DNA of 64,000 nt from Candidatus Multivorans sp. (GTDB lineage Bacteria; Acidobacteriota; Thermoanaerobaculia; Multivoradales; Multivoraceae): NCBI GenBank assembly GCA_965247095.1, contig OZ251997.1:416001-480000 (forward strand), in the 5' to 3' direction. Shown here one piece after another: positions 1 to 9,146 of the stretch. The position numbers and the translations under genes are program-made. The notes under the pieces were generated by a model. The model did no database searches. It was given only the letters and a program-made list of their open reading frames with translations, and had not been told where the DNA came from. Within the stretch, counting starts at the first letter, position 1; the number at the start of each line of letters is the position of its first letter.

Positions 1-247
1 CGACGGCTATCCCCAGGACTTCGACTACGGCAGCGACCGCGCCTCCCGTGTCTACGGCATCCGCGACACGATGGTGGCCCTGCGCGAAACGGAGCGTCAG
101 GGCGTTTCGACCTTCTGCATCACCGTCGACCCCGCCGGCCACGACTACCTGCGCGAGATGTGCCCCGAGCGCCGTTACCTGGTGATCGACGAAATCGCGG
201 CCCTGCCGAGTCAGTTGCCGAAGGTGTACCGGGGCTTGACGGCGTAG
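1..247 (+). CDS. NorD/CbbO-like VWA-domain protein, C-terminal part (runs off window start)
   Basis: Frame 2 reads DGYPQDFDYG..YGIRDT..ALRE..RQGVSTFCITVDPAGHDYLREMC..RYLVIDEIAALPSQLPKVYRGLTA*, the typical NorD/CbbO C-terminus; stop TAG at 245-247. Confidence 0.75.
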   Translation, partial: DGYPQDFDYGSDRASRVYGIRDTMVALRETERQGVSTFCITVDPAGHDYLREMCPERRYLVIDEIAALPSQLPKVYRGLTA

Positions 248-256
248 CGGCTGCGC

Positions 257-1621
257 CTACCGTTCGGCCGGTATTGGCGCCAGAACACCCAACGGCGGCG
301 CACCGTCCGGGCTCTCGAAGTCGACATCGAGCAGCAGGGCGATGAGATCGGCGATGTCGGTGAGACCCATGCGGTGGACCGTGCGGCCCGCTTCGAAGCC
401 GGCGCCCCAGCCAACGAAGCCGGTGAGGATCTCGGGGAAGTCGGTGGGGAAGAAGCCGTGGGTGCCGCCGTCGGTGGGCCTTACGGGGTCGCCTGAGGCG
501 TCGGAACCGAAGCGGACGCCGAGCGTGCCGGTGAGAGCGAAGGGGGCGTTCGGGGCGGCGCCGATGGCATCGAGTTCATCGCGTTCGACGACGCGGAACA
601 GGCGGTGGATGGAAGCGGGCAGAGCGGCGAGGATGTCGCGCACGGCGGCGGTCGCCGCATCGTCGGCCCGGTCGTTCAGGTGCAGAAACGCGGCGCCGCT
701 CGTGGCGTGGAAGGTCGCGCGCCATGTGCCGCGGTCGGGCTCAATGCCGTGGAGGCCGGCTTCGGCGAGCCACACGTTGGGCATGATCTGGGTGTGGAGA
801 TCGACGAAGCCGTGGTCGCCGGTGATCACGAAAGCGGTGCGGTCGAGAATCCCTGCGCGCTCGGCGGCGTCGCGGATCGCTCCGATCGCCCGGTCGGCCC
901 CGGCGACAGCGCGCCGGGCGACGTCGGACTCCCGCCCCTGTTCGTGCTGGAAGCGGTCGGTGGAGATGAGGTGGAGGGCCATCAGGGCCGGCCGGTAAGT
1001 CTCCAGGACGTACGCGGCGATGGCGCCCGTCGTGTCGTCGCGGGTGATGTAGTTGGCGGAGTAGTTGCGCACGTTGAGGCGTCCCGTGGCCTCCCGCTCC
1101 AATTCCTGCCACAGACCCGGCGTGCTGCCCTCGCGCATCGGCAGCAGGCGGTCGACGTTGGGGTCGAGGGAGTAGACCTCGGGGACGAGGAGGTCGATCG
1201 GTGCGCCGACGGTTACCGGCCAGGAGATCGCCGCGGTCTCCCTGCCGGCGGCTCGGACCGCGTCCCAGAGCGTGGGAACCTGGATTGCCGATTCGTGCCA
1301 GTACCAGTGGCCGGTCTGGCCGGCGGGTTCAAAGGGTCGGTTGTAGTAGACGCCGTGGCGGGCGGGTAGTGCGCCGGTCACGATCGTCGTGTGCGAGGGA
1401 TAGGTGACGGAGGGAAACACCCCGTGCACCCCCTCGGCGTGGGCGCCGTCGCGCGCCATCTGTTGCACGTTGGGGGCCGGCCAGGATGAACCTGGAACGT
1501 AGAAGTCGGGGCGGAAGCCGTCGACGGAGACGAGCACGACGTGGTCCGCCCGCGGCTGGGCGGCGAGGGGAACGGCGACCAGGAACAGGGCGCCGAGAAT
1601 GGCTGGAGCGGTGCGCTTCAC
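257..1621 (-). CDS. Secreted alkaline phosphatase-superfamily nucleotide pyrophosphatase/phosphodiesterase
   Basis: Signal peptide; VSVDGFRPD, PSVTYPSHTTIVTG (catalytic Thr), TD..QH, TGDHG and GTHG metal motifs. Confidence 0.9.
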   Translation of the reverse strand: MKRTAPAILGALFLVAVPLAAQPRADHVVLVSVDGFRPDFYVPGSSWPAPNVQQMARDGAHAEGVHGVFPSVTYPSHTTIVTGALPARHGVYYNRPFEPAGQTGHWYWHESAIQVPTLWDAVRAAGRETAAISWPVTVGAPIDLLVPEVYSLDPNVDRLLPMREGSTPGLWQELEREATGRLNVRNYSANYITRDDTTGAIAAYVLETYRPALMALHLISTDRFQHEQGRESDVARRAVAGADRAIGAIRDAAERAGILDRTAFVITGDHGFVDLHTQIMPNVWLAEAGLHGIEPDRGTWRATFHATSGAAFLHLNDRADDAATAAVRDILAALPASIHRLFRVVERDELDAIGAAPNAPFALTGTLGVRFGSDASGDPVRPTDGGTHGFFPTDFPEILTGFVGWGAGFEAGRTVHRMGLTDIADLIALLLDVDFESPDGAPPLGVLAPIPAER

Positions 1622-1627
1622 CGCGTG

Positions 1628-2455
1628 CTAGACCGCCGCCGCCAACTGGCGGTCGTAGACGCTCTGCCGCATCTCTTCCAGCTTGTCGAGGTAGAGCTGC
1701 CGGTAGCTTTCGTACTCGAGGCCGAAGGGCGCGTTGCCCGGCTCGAAGCCGGCGAAGGTCTGGTTCGGGCCGTCTTCCGCGAACGGACGCATGGCCTCGA
1801 CCTGCTCCTCGAACGGGTCGATGAGGCGCGGGTGCGCGGCGAGCAGCCGTTGCAACAGGTAGACGCCGAAGGCGATGTGACGGGCTTCGTCGCGCTGGAT
1901 CAACCGGATCCCGCGCTCGAGCGCCGGGAAACGGCCGCTGCGCTCGAAGATCGAGTAGAACAAGGGGTAGCCGGCTTCGGCGCCCACGCCCTCGACGTAG
2001 AAGTGGTAAAGCATGATCGCGTTCAGCATGGCCTCGGGGCTGTCATCCGTAAACAGCGCGCGCATCGCCTGGGGCAGCCGGGTCGAGAACATGTCGCCGT
2101 GCAGATCGGGGTAGGGGATATCGACGCCGAAGCGCCCAGGAAGCGCCTCGATCAGCCAGGTCTCGAAGAACTGGACGTGGCGCGCCTCCTCGTACATCTG
2201 GGCCGTGACGAACATCTCCTCCTCGAGCCGGCCCTGCTGGCGGAGGCGGAACTGGAGCGGCGCGAGTTCGTGGGTCACGCCGCGCTCACCGACCCGGAAG
2301 CCCGAAACGAGCCGCAGGAGCAGGTTGTGTTCGTCGCCCGTGAGCGCCAGCCAGTCCGACTGCTCCTGCGAGTAGTCGATGTCGCCGGGATTCCAGGAAC
2401 GTTCGTGCGAAGCGGTGAAGAGCCGCATCGGAAGCGAGTTGTTGTCGAATGGCAT
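1628..2455 (-). CDS. R2-like ligand-binding oxidase (Mn/Fe ferritin-like, R2lox)
   Basis: WNP.DIDY, GE.GVT.EL.P, EEARH, YH..VEG and DEARH.AFG motifs; 275 aa. Confidence 0.85.
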   Translation of the reverse strand: MPFDNNSLPMRLFTASHERSWNPGDIDYSQEQSDWLALTGDEHNLLLRLVSGFRVGERGVTHELAPLQFRLRQQGRLEEEMFVTAQMYEEARHVQFFETWLIEALPGRFGVDIPYPDLHGDMFSTRLPQAMRALFTDDSPEAMLNAIMLYHFYVEGVGAEAGYPLFYSIFERSGRFPALERGIRLIQRDEARHIAFGVYLLQRLLAAHPRLIDPFEEQVEAMRPFAEDGPNQTFAGFEPGNAPFGLEYESYRQLYLDKLEEMRQSVYDRQLAAAV

Positions 2456-2494
2456 CAGGTAGACCTCCTGGTCACAGATTCTATTGGAGAGGGC

Positions 2495-3733
2495 TCAGGC
2501 CGGATGAACGCGAAAGGTCCTGATCAACATGAGCATGGCGACCGCCATCAGCATGGATCCGGCGAGAAGCGGCGCCCCTGGCAGTTCGAAGGGCGCGGCG
2601 TCCGAGGTGAAGTAGCTGAACAGACCCGCGGTGAACACCAGCGGCGCGACGATGGCGGACAGACTCATCAGGGAGGTCAGAGCGCCCTGGACCTTGCCCT
2701 GGTCGTACGGCGCCACGGTGCCGGCGATGAGGCCCTGCACCGCCGGCCCGGCGATGCCGCCGAGCGAGCCGATCACGATCACCGTGATGAGGATCCAACC
2801 GCGAGAGGCGAGGCCGTAGCCGGCGAAAGCCAGCGTGCCGATCCCGAAGCCGATCAGTACGGCTTTGCGTTCGCCGAGCCAAGCCACGGCGTGCCGCACC
2901 AGGAGTCCCTGGACCAGGGCCGCCGAGACGCCGACCGCAGTCAGTGCGAGACCGTTCTGGAACTCGTTCCAGCCGTAGCGGTAGCCCGTGTAGAGCACCC
3001 AGCAGGTTTCGAGACCCCGCTGCGCCAGCGCCAGGAGCACGAAAGCGGCTGCCAGACTGGCGACCAGGGGATAGGCGCGCAGGTTGGAGAGACTGGATAC
3101 CGGGTTCGCGTTGCGGAGCGAGAAGGCGCTCCGGTTCTCCGGCGCCAGCGACTCGGGAAGCACGAAGAAACCGTAGATCGAGTTGATGAGGCAGAGGCCG
3201 GCGGCGACGAAGAAGGGCAATCGCAGATCGACGGTGCCGAGGAGGCCGCCAAGGCTTGGGCCCAGCATGAAGCCGATTCCGAAGGCGACGTTGATCAGAC
3301 CGTAGTTCCGGGCCCGGGTCTCGGGAGTCGAGATGTCGGCGATGTAGGCGTTCGCGGTCGTGATGCTGGCGCCCATCATGCCGGCGACAAGTCGACCGAC
3401 GAACAGCCAGGCGACCGAAGGGGCGAAGCCCATGATGAGATAGTCGACGCCGAGACCGAACATCGACAGCAGCAACACGCGACGGCGTCCGAAACGGTCG
3501 GAGAGGGCGCCGAGAATCGGGGCGAAGACGAACTGCGCTACCGCGTAGCAGGAAGCGATGACGCCCAGCATCCGGGCGGCGGACGACGTGTCGCCCCCCA
3601 TGAACTGCTCGATCAGTTCGGGCAGGATCGGGATGATGATGCCGACCCCGAGCATGTCGAGCAGGATCACCGCGAGGATGAAGGACACCCCGGCCTTGCG
3701 GCGTGGCTGTACTTGGGAATCGGAGGTCGTCAT
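2495..3733 (-). CDS. MFS transporter, TetA/DHA1-like
   Basis: GALSDRFGRRRVLL motif A, GRLVAG, AYIADIS, GFMLGP.LGG motif C; about 12 TM segments. Confidence 0.9.
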   Translation of the reverse strand: MTTSDSQVQPRRKAGVSFILAVILLDMLGVGIIIPILPELIEQFMGGDTSSAARMLGVIASCYAVAQFVFAPILGALSDRFGRRRVLLLSMFGLGVDYLIMGFAPSVAWLFVGRLVAGMMGASITTANAYIADISTPETRARNYGLINVAFGIGFMLGPSLGGLLGTVDLRLPFFVAAGLCLINSIYGFFVLPESLAPENRSAFSLRNANPVSSLSNLRAYPLVASLAAAFVLLALAQRGLETCWVLYTGYRYGWNEFQNGLALTAVGVSAALVQGLLVRHAVAWLGERKAVLIGFGIGTLAFAGYGLASRGWILITVIVIGSLGGIAGPAVQGLIAGTVAPYDQGKVQGALTSLMSLSAIVAPLVFTAGLFSYFTSDAAPFELPGAPLLAGSMLMAVAMLMLIRTFRVHPA

Positions 3734-3790
3734 CGCTCGAATCGGCTCGTCGGTTCTGGGGCGCGGTGGCTAAGGCGCTAGAGTTGCGGC

Positions 3791-4282
3791 GTGAATACCA
3801 CGTCTGAAACGAGACGGTGGGCTCGAGAGCCGCTCCCGGCCCGCGCCGCGGCACGGTCCCGGTTGGTCGCCCTCGGCGCGCTCGCACTGACCGGGGTGTT
3901 CCTTGCATGCGCCGAGTCGGTGCCCCAACCGAACGAGAAAGGTCTGCGGGCTTCGTTCATTGCCCAGATCGAGGCCGACGAACACGTGAAGGACCTCAAG
4001 GTCTACGGCGACGAGATCCACTTCGCCCGCCGCGACGGCTCGGGTGAGCACGTCGAGTGGCGGGTGCGCATCGACTCGCTGGAGGTGTATGCCGGCGAGG
4101 CCGAAGGGGCCCAGGCGAAGGGTCAGGTCGTATCGGGCTGGAGCGTCGCCGGACGCCCGGTGTCGGTCGAGGTCGGGCCGGAGGGCCTGGTCACCGACAT
4201 GCCGATCTGGGTGCTCGACGCCGGCCTGGCGCCCGAGTGCTGGGCGCTCTGGGACGAGGACGCGAAAGCCTGGGGCTGGTGA
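3791..4282 (+). CDS. Hypothetical lipoprotein
   Basis: Hydrophobic leader ending FLAC (lipobox-like); host-like codon usage; start uncertain. Confidence 0.65.
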   Translation: MNTTSETRRWAREPLPARAAARSRLVALGALALTGVFLACAESVPQPNEKGLRASFIAQIEADEHVKDLKVYGDEIHFARRDGSGEHVEWRVRIDSLEVYAGEAEGAQAKGQVVSGWSVAGRPVSVEVGPEGLVTDMPIWVLDAGLAPECWALWDEDAKAWGW

Positions 4283-4356
4283 ACCGGTCGAAGCGCAGCC
4301 TGCGCGGCAGCTATGATCACGGCAGGCAGTTGAACACGGTGGTTGGAGGGCAGGCA

Positions 4357-5445
4357 ATGAGAAGGCATGAACGCTTGAACGTCGGTTGGACCGTGGCCAT
4401 GGTCGTTGCACTCCTGGTTGTCGCCTTTGCCGGCGGCGCGGGCGCCGTGGGCAACAACGCCAACAATGCCACTGACGCCGACTGGACCATGCCTCGCACC
4501 GGCGCCGGTCATCCCGATCTCCAGGGCGTGTGGGCGAACAACAACGCGACGCCGCTGCAACGTCCCGCCGCGTGGGCCGGCAAGGAACGCCTGACGGACG
4601 AGGAACTGCACCAGTTGATGGCTGCAGCGTCCGAGGCGACCAACCCCGGCGCGGACGCCCTGTTCGGCGACCAACTCGTGCTCGCCGCGATCGCGCGCAC
4701 CGAGGCCACCTCTTACGACCCGACGACCGGCAACTACAACCAGTTCTGGATCGCGGACCGGGACTGGACGAACCGTACGTCCCTGGTCATCGATCCGCCG
4801 GACGGCCTGATCCCGCCCTTCACCGAACCGGCGAAGAAGCGTCTCTGCCAGCGGGTCAAGCACCTGATGGAGCACCCCGCCGACTCGTGGCTGGACCGGC
4901 CGATTCCCGAGCGGTGCATCAGCTACGGCGCTCCGTTCATCTTCCCGGGCTACAACGGCTACCACCAGGTCTTCCAGAGCGAGGACCACGTCGTGATTCA
5001 CCAGGAGATGATCCACGACGCGCGGGTGATCCCGCTCGACGGCCGGGCGCAACTGGACGAGGACGTGCGGCTGTGGAACGGGTACTCCCGCGGTCACTGG
5101 GAGGGCGACACCTTGGTCGTCGAGACCACGAACTATTCGGAAAAGAACGACTTCATGGGTTCTTCCGAGCAGTTGAAGATCACGGAGCGCTTCACCCTCA
5201 CTGGCCCCGATACACTGGAGTGGGCGATCACGGTGAACGACCCGGGCACCTGGACCAAGCCCTGGACGGCCTCGATCCCGCTCAAGCGCACCGAGGACGC
5301 GATCTTCGAGTACGCCTGCCACGAGGGCAACTACGCGATGGGAGGGATGCTCTCCGGCGCCCGCACCGAGGAGGCGTCAGACAAGCCGAAGCAGCTCGAT
5401 CCCGGCGCCGCGTTCCGGTATCCGGGTCTGACCTGCGACTTCTGA
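4357..5445 (+). CDS. Conserved secreted hypothetical protein (GHPDLQGVW...EYACHEGNY type)
   Basis: ATG at 4357 after GGAGG; signal peptide; motifs HPDLQGVW, ERC, HDARVIPLDG, G.SRGHWEGDTLVVETTN, FEYACHEGNY. Confidence 0.8.
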   Translation: MRRHERLNVGWTVAMVVALLVVAFAGGAGAVGNNANNATDADWTMPRTGAGHPDLQGVWANNNATPLQRPAAWAGKERLTDEELHQLMAAASEATNPGADALFGDQLVLAAIARTEATSYDPTTGNYNQFWIADRDWTNRTSLVIDPPDGLIPPFTEPAKKRLCQRVKHLMEHPADSWLDRPIPERCISYGAPFIFPGYNGYHQVFQSEDHVVIHQEMIHDARVIPLDGRAQLDEDVRLWNGYSRGHWEGDTLVVETTNYSEKNDFMGSSEQLKITERFTLTGPDTLEWAITVNDPGTWTKPWTASIPLKRTEDAIFEYACHEGNYAMGGMLSGARTEEASDKPKQLDPGAAFRYPGLTCDF

Positions 5446-5508
5446 TCGGTTCGGCGTTTCGCTGAGCGCGTTGCGCCGCCTTTTGCGGACGCGGGCGAGC
5501 GTCCTGCG

Positions 5509-5898
5509 TCAGCGGATGGTGCGGACTTCGATACCCGGCAGTTCCAGTTCGAGCCAGGCGCGGTCGCCGGTGAGAGCTGGTATTCCTAACAACGAAGCGG
5601 TGGCAAGGCAGGCGCGGTCGCCGAGGCCAAGACCTGCGGATGCAGTTGCGGGCCGGAGCGCGCCGCTTGAAAGGGCGACTTCTGAATCGAAAGGTAGTGT
5701 CTCCATTCTGAATTCGCCCAGCGTCTTCGCGACTTCTCTGGCCTCCCATCCACGGTGATGGAGATGGGCGGCGACTTCAGCGAGGTTCACAGTGGAGATT
5801 GCCGCGCCGTCGCGCAAGGCGGCCCGGACGACCTCGGCGCCAGGCTCGCGCCAGAGCAGGGCCAACAGTGCCGAGGCATCGAGGAGGGCCCGAGCCAC
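5509..5898 (-). CDS. VapC-family PIN toxin
   Basis: LLDASALLA, ISTVNLAEV, LGLGDRACLA, LTGDRAW; GTG start directly after the antitoxin stop. Confidence 0.85.
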   Translation of the reverse strand: MARALLDASALLALLWREPGAEVVRAALRDGAAISTVNLAEVAAHLHHRGWEAREVAKTLGEFRMETLPFDSEVALSSGALRPATASAGLGLGDRACLATASLLGIPALTGDRAWLELELPGIEVRTIR

Positions 5899-5899
5899 C

Positions 5900-6187
5900 T
5901 CAGTCTCGTGCCGCCTCCCGGCGTCGCTCGGCGATGAAGGCGTCGACTTCGCTCCCCGATGAACTTGTGCCGTGCTTCCGGGCAAGGGCCTGGGCGCGGG
6001 CGACTGCCGCGTCCACCGCCGTTTCCACGGTTGTTATCCGGATCGTGTCGCCTTCGAGATCGAGGATGACCTTCTGTCGAGGCTGAAAACCCAATGCCGC
6101 GCGAAAATGGGCTGGTACTACGAGCCGGCCTGCGGAGTCGATGATGGTGGAAGTCTGTGCGGGAGCGGGTGTGGGATCATCTGCCAT
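5900..6187 (-). CDS. AbrB/MazE-family antitoxin
   Basis: IDSAGRLVVPAHFRAALG AbrB motif; C-terminal VDAFIAERRREA; directly upstream of the PIN toxin. Confidence 0.85.
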   Translation of the reverse strand: MADDPTPAPAQTSTIIDSAGRLVVPAHFRAALGFQPRQKVILDLEGDTIRITTVETAVDAAVARAQALARKHGTSSSGSEVDAFIAERRREAARD

Positions 6188-6237
6188 AGCGCAGGAGTCT
6201 ACCATTGTGGCGCAGAATGGGAGGGTGCTCGGCTGTA

Positions 6238-6312
6238 CCACGGGAGTGAGAGTAGTGGCCAGTCGCTGGGGCCAACGGTCAGCACGGCGGAGGGACGGAC
6301 AAAGGTGATCAC
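6238..6312 (-). pseudogene. 5' relic of a fourth ABC-2-type permease paralog
   Basis: GTG-initiated VITFVRPSAVLTVGPSDWPLLSLPW aligns with MITVLRLSAVLIGGPRYWLLPLLPLPW of the intact paralogs; similarity then stops. Confidence 0.7.
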
Positions 6313-6361
6313 GCCGTCGCTCCGCCGTGCGTTGCCCGTATCGGCGGGTCGGTCGGCCCGG

Positions 6362-6658
6362 CTACACGCAGATCGTCATGCTCCGGAAGGTCAGGTGCAT
6401 CCCGACGGCGGTCAAGAAGGGGGAGCCAAGAGCCTGGCCGACGGCCGTAAGGAGCGCTCCGGCGACCGAGTCGGTCCTGCAACTGTGGCTCCGCGCTCCT
6501 CCAGCCACTCTCGTCAGGTCGGTGACCGTGAGCTGGTCGAGGCCATCGTGGCCGATGGTCGAGGTGCCGCCCGCCATCACGGCGTCAGGCGGTGTGGCGA
6601 AGGAAGCGCCGACGCTCAATACAAGGGCGATCGATGCAGTGGCTAGGAATCTCGTCAT
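6362..6658 (-). CDS. Small secreted bacteriocin-like precursor B (Sec signal + double-Gly-like leader + Cys-bounded core), 98 aa
   Basis: RBS GAAAGGA before ATG; MTRFLATASIALVLSVGASFA | ...GLDQLTVTDLTRVAGG | ARSHSC...TICV; paralog at 8844-9146. Confidence 0.75.
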   Translation of the reverse strand: MTRFLATASIALVLSVGASFATPPDAVMAGGTSTIGHDGLDQLTVTDLTRVAGGARSHSCRTDSVAGALLTAVGQALGSPFLTAVGMHLTFRSMTICV

Positions 6659-6731
6659 GTCCAGTGGTCCTTTCGGTTGTAGAGGGTTGGGGGTAGCCAG
6701 GTGGTGGAGGCCGCTGTCCGCGGCTCTCGAG

Positions 6732-6764
6732 CCACCTATGGACCAAGACGGAATCGGCGCGGCT
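6732..6764 (-). promoter_or_regulatory. Conserved motif upstream of precursor B (putative promoter/operator)
   Basis: Minus strand AGCCGCGCCGATTCCGTCTTGGTCCATAGGTGG; near-identical to 9300-9334. Confidence 0.5.
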
Positions 6765-6861
6765 CCGTTCGTCTCGGTCACTTCGGTCCGAGCCGGCAGG
6801 GTCGTGTCCTTGCCTTGCTGTGAGCATGAGCCGCCCGACCGGAGGAGCCCGGGAAGCGGGC

Positions 6862-7551
6862 TCAGCCGCTGAGCATCTGCTCGCGGCGCTCCGCACGGGC
6901 GAAGGTCAGGGCGACGATGGCGGCGATGATGAGGGCAATGCCTATACGGTTCTGGACGGCCATGGTGAGCAACTGCTCGGCGTCGCCCCCTTTCACGGCG
7001 AGCGGGTTCCACAATGGCGAGATGCGCGGCTCGACCGAGAGGTATGCCATTCGAAGGTTCGGGGCGAGTAGTGCCATGGTTGCCATTGCGCCGGTGACCT
7101 CGCTTCGGAAGAGGGTGGCGAAACCCATCGCTGCTACCAGGTAGAAAGCGGCTCCCTGCGCCGTGCCGTAGATGGTCTGAACAACTGGAAAGGAAGTGAA
7201 GAAAGCAAAGGTAAGCACCGCCGTCGGCGTCAGACTTGCAAACAGGATCAGCCCTGCGGCAGCGAGTTTTCCGGTCCATACGCGACGGGTGCCGCCGGGT
7301 ACGGTGTAGGCGATCTCCAGGGTGCGCTCGTCGAGTTCGCCGGCGATGATCCGGCCGCCCAGGAAGACGGCGAGAACCGCGACCGGCGCACCAATCAGGG
7401 TGTTCTGTGCGTCGGCGGGCTCGAAGTTGGGCCGAAGCCCGGAGATGAGCAGTATCGCCTGAATTCCCAACCACGGCAGGGGCAGCAGCGGCAGCAGCCA
7501 GTAACGCGGGCCCCCGATCAGCACGGCGGAGAGACGGAGAACGGTGATCAT
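6862..7551 (-). CDS. ABC-2-type transporter permease, paralog 3
   Basis: 229 aa, about 6 TM segments, II.GELDERTLE ABC-2-like motif; close paralog of 7710-8399 and 9406-10098. Confidence 0.85.
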   Translation of the reverse strand: MITVLRLSAVLIGGPRYWLLPLLPLPWLGIQAILLISGLRPNFEPADAQNTLIGAPVAVLAVFLGGRIIAGELDERTLEIAYTVPGGTRRVWTGKLAAAGLILFASLTPTAVLTFAFFTSFPVVQTIYGTAQGAAFYLVAAMGFATLFRSEVTGAMATMALLAPNLRMAYLSVEPRISPLWNPLAVKGGDAEQLLTMAVQNRIGIALIIAAIVALTFARAERREQMLSG

Positions 7552-7709
7552 GCCGGAGCTCGGTCACCGGTCGCCTGGGCCGGCCAGAGGTAGCCGTCCC
7601 CGACCCGTCCGAGGCCATGGCTCTCGATGACCGGTGTAGTGCCCGCCACGACCGAGTTGGGCGGTACAGCGACAGAGGGGCAGACACTCAAGACAAGTGG
7701 CGACTCCTG

Positions 7710-8399
7710 CTAGCGGCTGAGCATCTTCTCGCGACGCTCCGCGCGAGCGAAGGTCAGGGCGACGATGGCGGCGATGGTGAGCGCGATGCCGATGCGGTTC
7801 TGGATGGTCATGGCGAGCAACTGCTCGGCGTCGGCTCCTTTCACGGCGAGCGGGTTCCAGAACGGCGAGATGCGCAGGTGCCCGCCGAAGCCGGTCACAG
7901 AGCCGTTCAAGCCGAATAGCGCAATCGTGACCAAGGCACCGCTCACCTCGCTGCGGAACAGCGTGGAGAAACCCATCGCCGCGGCTAGGTAGAAGCTGGC
8001 TCCTTGGCCAGCACCGTGGAGGGTCTGGACGACCGGAAACGCGGTGAAGAAGGCGAACGCCAGAACAGTCATCGGGATCAGGCTGCCAAGCAGGATCAGG
8101 CCTGCGGCGGTTAGTTTCCCCCACCAGACCCGATGGGCGCCGCCCGGGACGGTGTAGGCGACTTCAAGGGTGCGCTCGTCGAGTTCGCCGGTGATGATCC
8201 GGCCGCCGAGAAACACAGCGAGGATCGCTACTGGCGCACCGATCAAGGTGTTCTGTGCAGCGGCGGGTTCGAAGCCGGGACGGCCGGTGAACAGCAACAG
8301 CACCGCCTGAAGGCCTAGCCAAGTCAGTGGCAGCAGAGGTAGCAGCCAGTATCTTGGCCCTCCGATCAGCACGGCGGAAAGACGGACAACGGTTCTCAT
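7710..8399 (-). CDS. ABC-2-type transporter permease, paralog 2
   Basis: 229 aa, ITGELDERTLE motif; close paralog of both neighbours. Confidence 0.85.
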   Translation of the reverse strand: MRTVVRLSAVLIGGPRYWLLPLLPLTWLGLQAVLLLFTGRPGFEPAAAQNTLIGAPVAILAVFLGGRIITGELDERTLEVAYTVPGGAHRVWWGKLTAAGLILLGSLIPMTVLAFAFFTAFPVVQTLHGAGQGASFYLAAAMGFSTLFRSEVSGALVTIALFGLNGSVTGFGGHLRISPFWNPLAVKGADAEQLLAMTIQNRIGIALTIAAIVALTFARAERREKMLSR

Positions 8400-8523
8400 T
8401 GCAGCTCTCCCCCGCGGGTTGCTTGGCCCGACCGGAGGTAGGTGTCTCTAGGCGGCGCGACGCCTCCTTCGCCTTGCATGTAGAGGGTGGTGGGCGGAGG
8501 GACTGGGGTGCAGGTACTCCGGT

Positions 8524-8733
8524 TCAGCATGTCCCGTCGCGACGAGCGGCCATCCTGCCGACGATCCAGAGAGCTGGCAGCGAGAAGAGGGATGCGATGG
8601 CGACGAACAGGACCGGAGAACCGCCGACGAGGGCCAACAGCCGACCGCTCAACCAGCTTCGCCCGAAGGCGCTGCCCGGGGCAGGTCGCAGCGGCCGGTA
8701 GGGGCGGCTTTGTAGGTCCATGAACGTCGCCAT
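8524..8733 (-). CDS. Small membrane protein (69 aa), candidate immunity/accessory peptide
   Basis: RBS GAAGGA before ATG; hydrophobic stretch LLALVGGSPVLFVAIASLFSLPALWIVG followed by a basic tail; directly downstream of precursor A. Confidence 0.5.
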   Translation of the reverse strand: MATFMDLQSRPYRPLRPAPGSAFGRSWLSGRLLALVGGSPVLFVAIASLFSLPALWIVGRMAARRDGTC

Positions 8734-8843
8734 CGAGTCCTTCCAAACAGGAGCGTGATGCGCTATCCGCCCGCCTCTTTCCGGGGCCGAAGCCGGCACC
8801 CGCAATCAGAGAGTCTCATCGAGCGAGACGGCGCCGTTGTTGG

Positions 8844-9146
8844 CTAGACACACACAGCGTCCGCGAGGAACGGACCGGCCAACCCGGCAGCGTGCATGAG
8901 CCCCCTGCCCGTGTAGATCCCTACGAAGACAAAGGCCTCGCCCGTCGTCTCAAAAGCAGCAGTGCAAGCTCCGGACCACCAAGCTGCTCCCATCACGCCG
9001 ACCATCTCGGCATCCGCGAGTTGTTCGAGCCCGGGATTGTCGACGCCCGGATAGTCGCCCGCCACGGCCGTGACAGGCGGTTCTGCGAAGGCGCCGCCGA
9101 CACTCAGTACAAACGCTGCCACTGCGATAGATAGAACTTTCTTCAT
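8844..9146 (-). CDS. Small secreted bacteriocin-like precursor A (Sec signal + double-Gly-like leader + Cys-bounded core), 100 aa
   Basis: RBS GAAAGGA; MKKVLSIAVAAFVLSVGGAFA | ...GLEQLADAEMVGVMGA | AWWSGAC...AVCV; paralog at 6362-6658. Confidence 0.8.
   Translation of the reverse strand: MKKVLSIAVAAFVLSVGGAFAEPPVTAVAGDYPGVDNPGLEQLADAEMVGVMGAAWWSGACTAAFETTGEAFVFVGIYTGRGLMHAAGLAGPFLADAVCV

Noticed and set aside
2495-3733. Calling the MFS a bona fide tetA resistance gene
   Set aside because: Family motifs only; there is no tetR or mobile context and the substrate cannot be inferred.
1541-3781. Long antisense ORFs (e.g. 746 aa here, 1151 aa at 30416-33871, 743 aa at 17260-19491)
   Set aside because: Typical stop-poor antisense frames of high-GC genes; the opposite strand carries recognisable proteins.
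6659-7687. 441-aa ORF 6362-7687
   Set aside because: The upstream part is an off-frame read through permease 3; only the last 98 codons have an RBS and a paralog.
6362-9146. Peptides as lanthipeptide/thiopeptide-type RiPP precursors
   Set aside because: No LanB/C/M, YcaO or intact radical SAM enzyme nearby; two terminal Cys fit a disulfide better.
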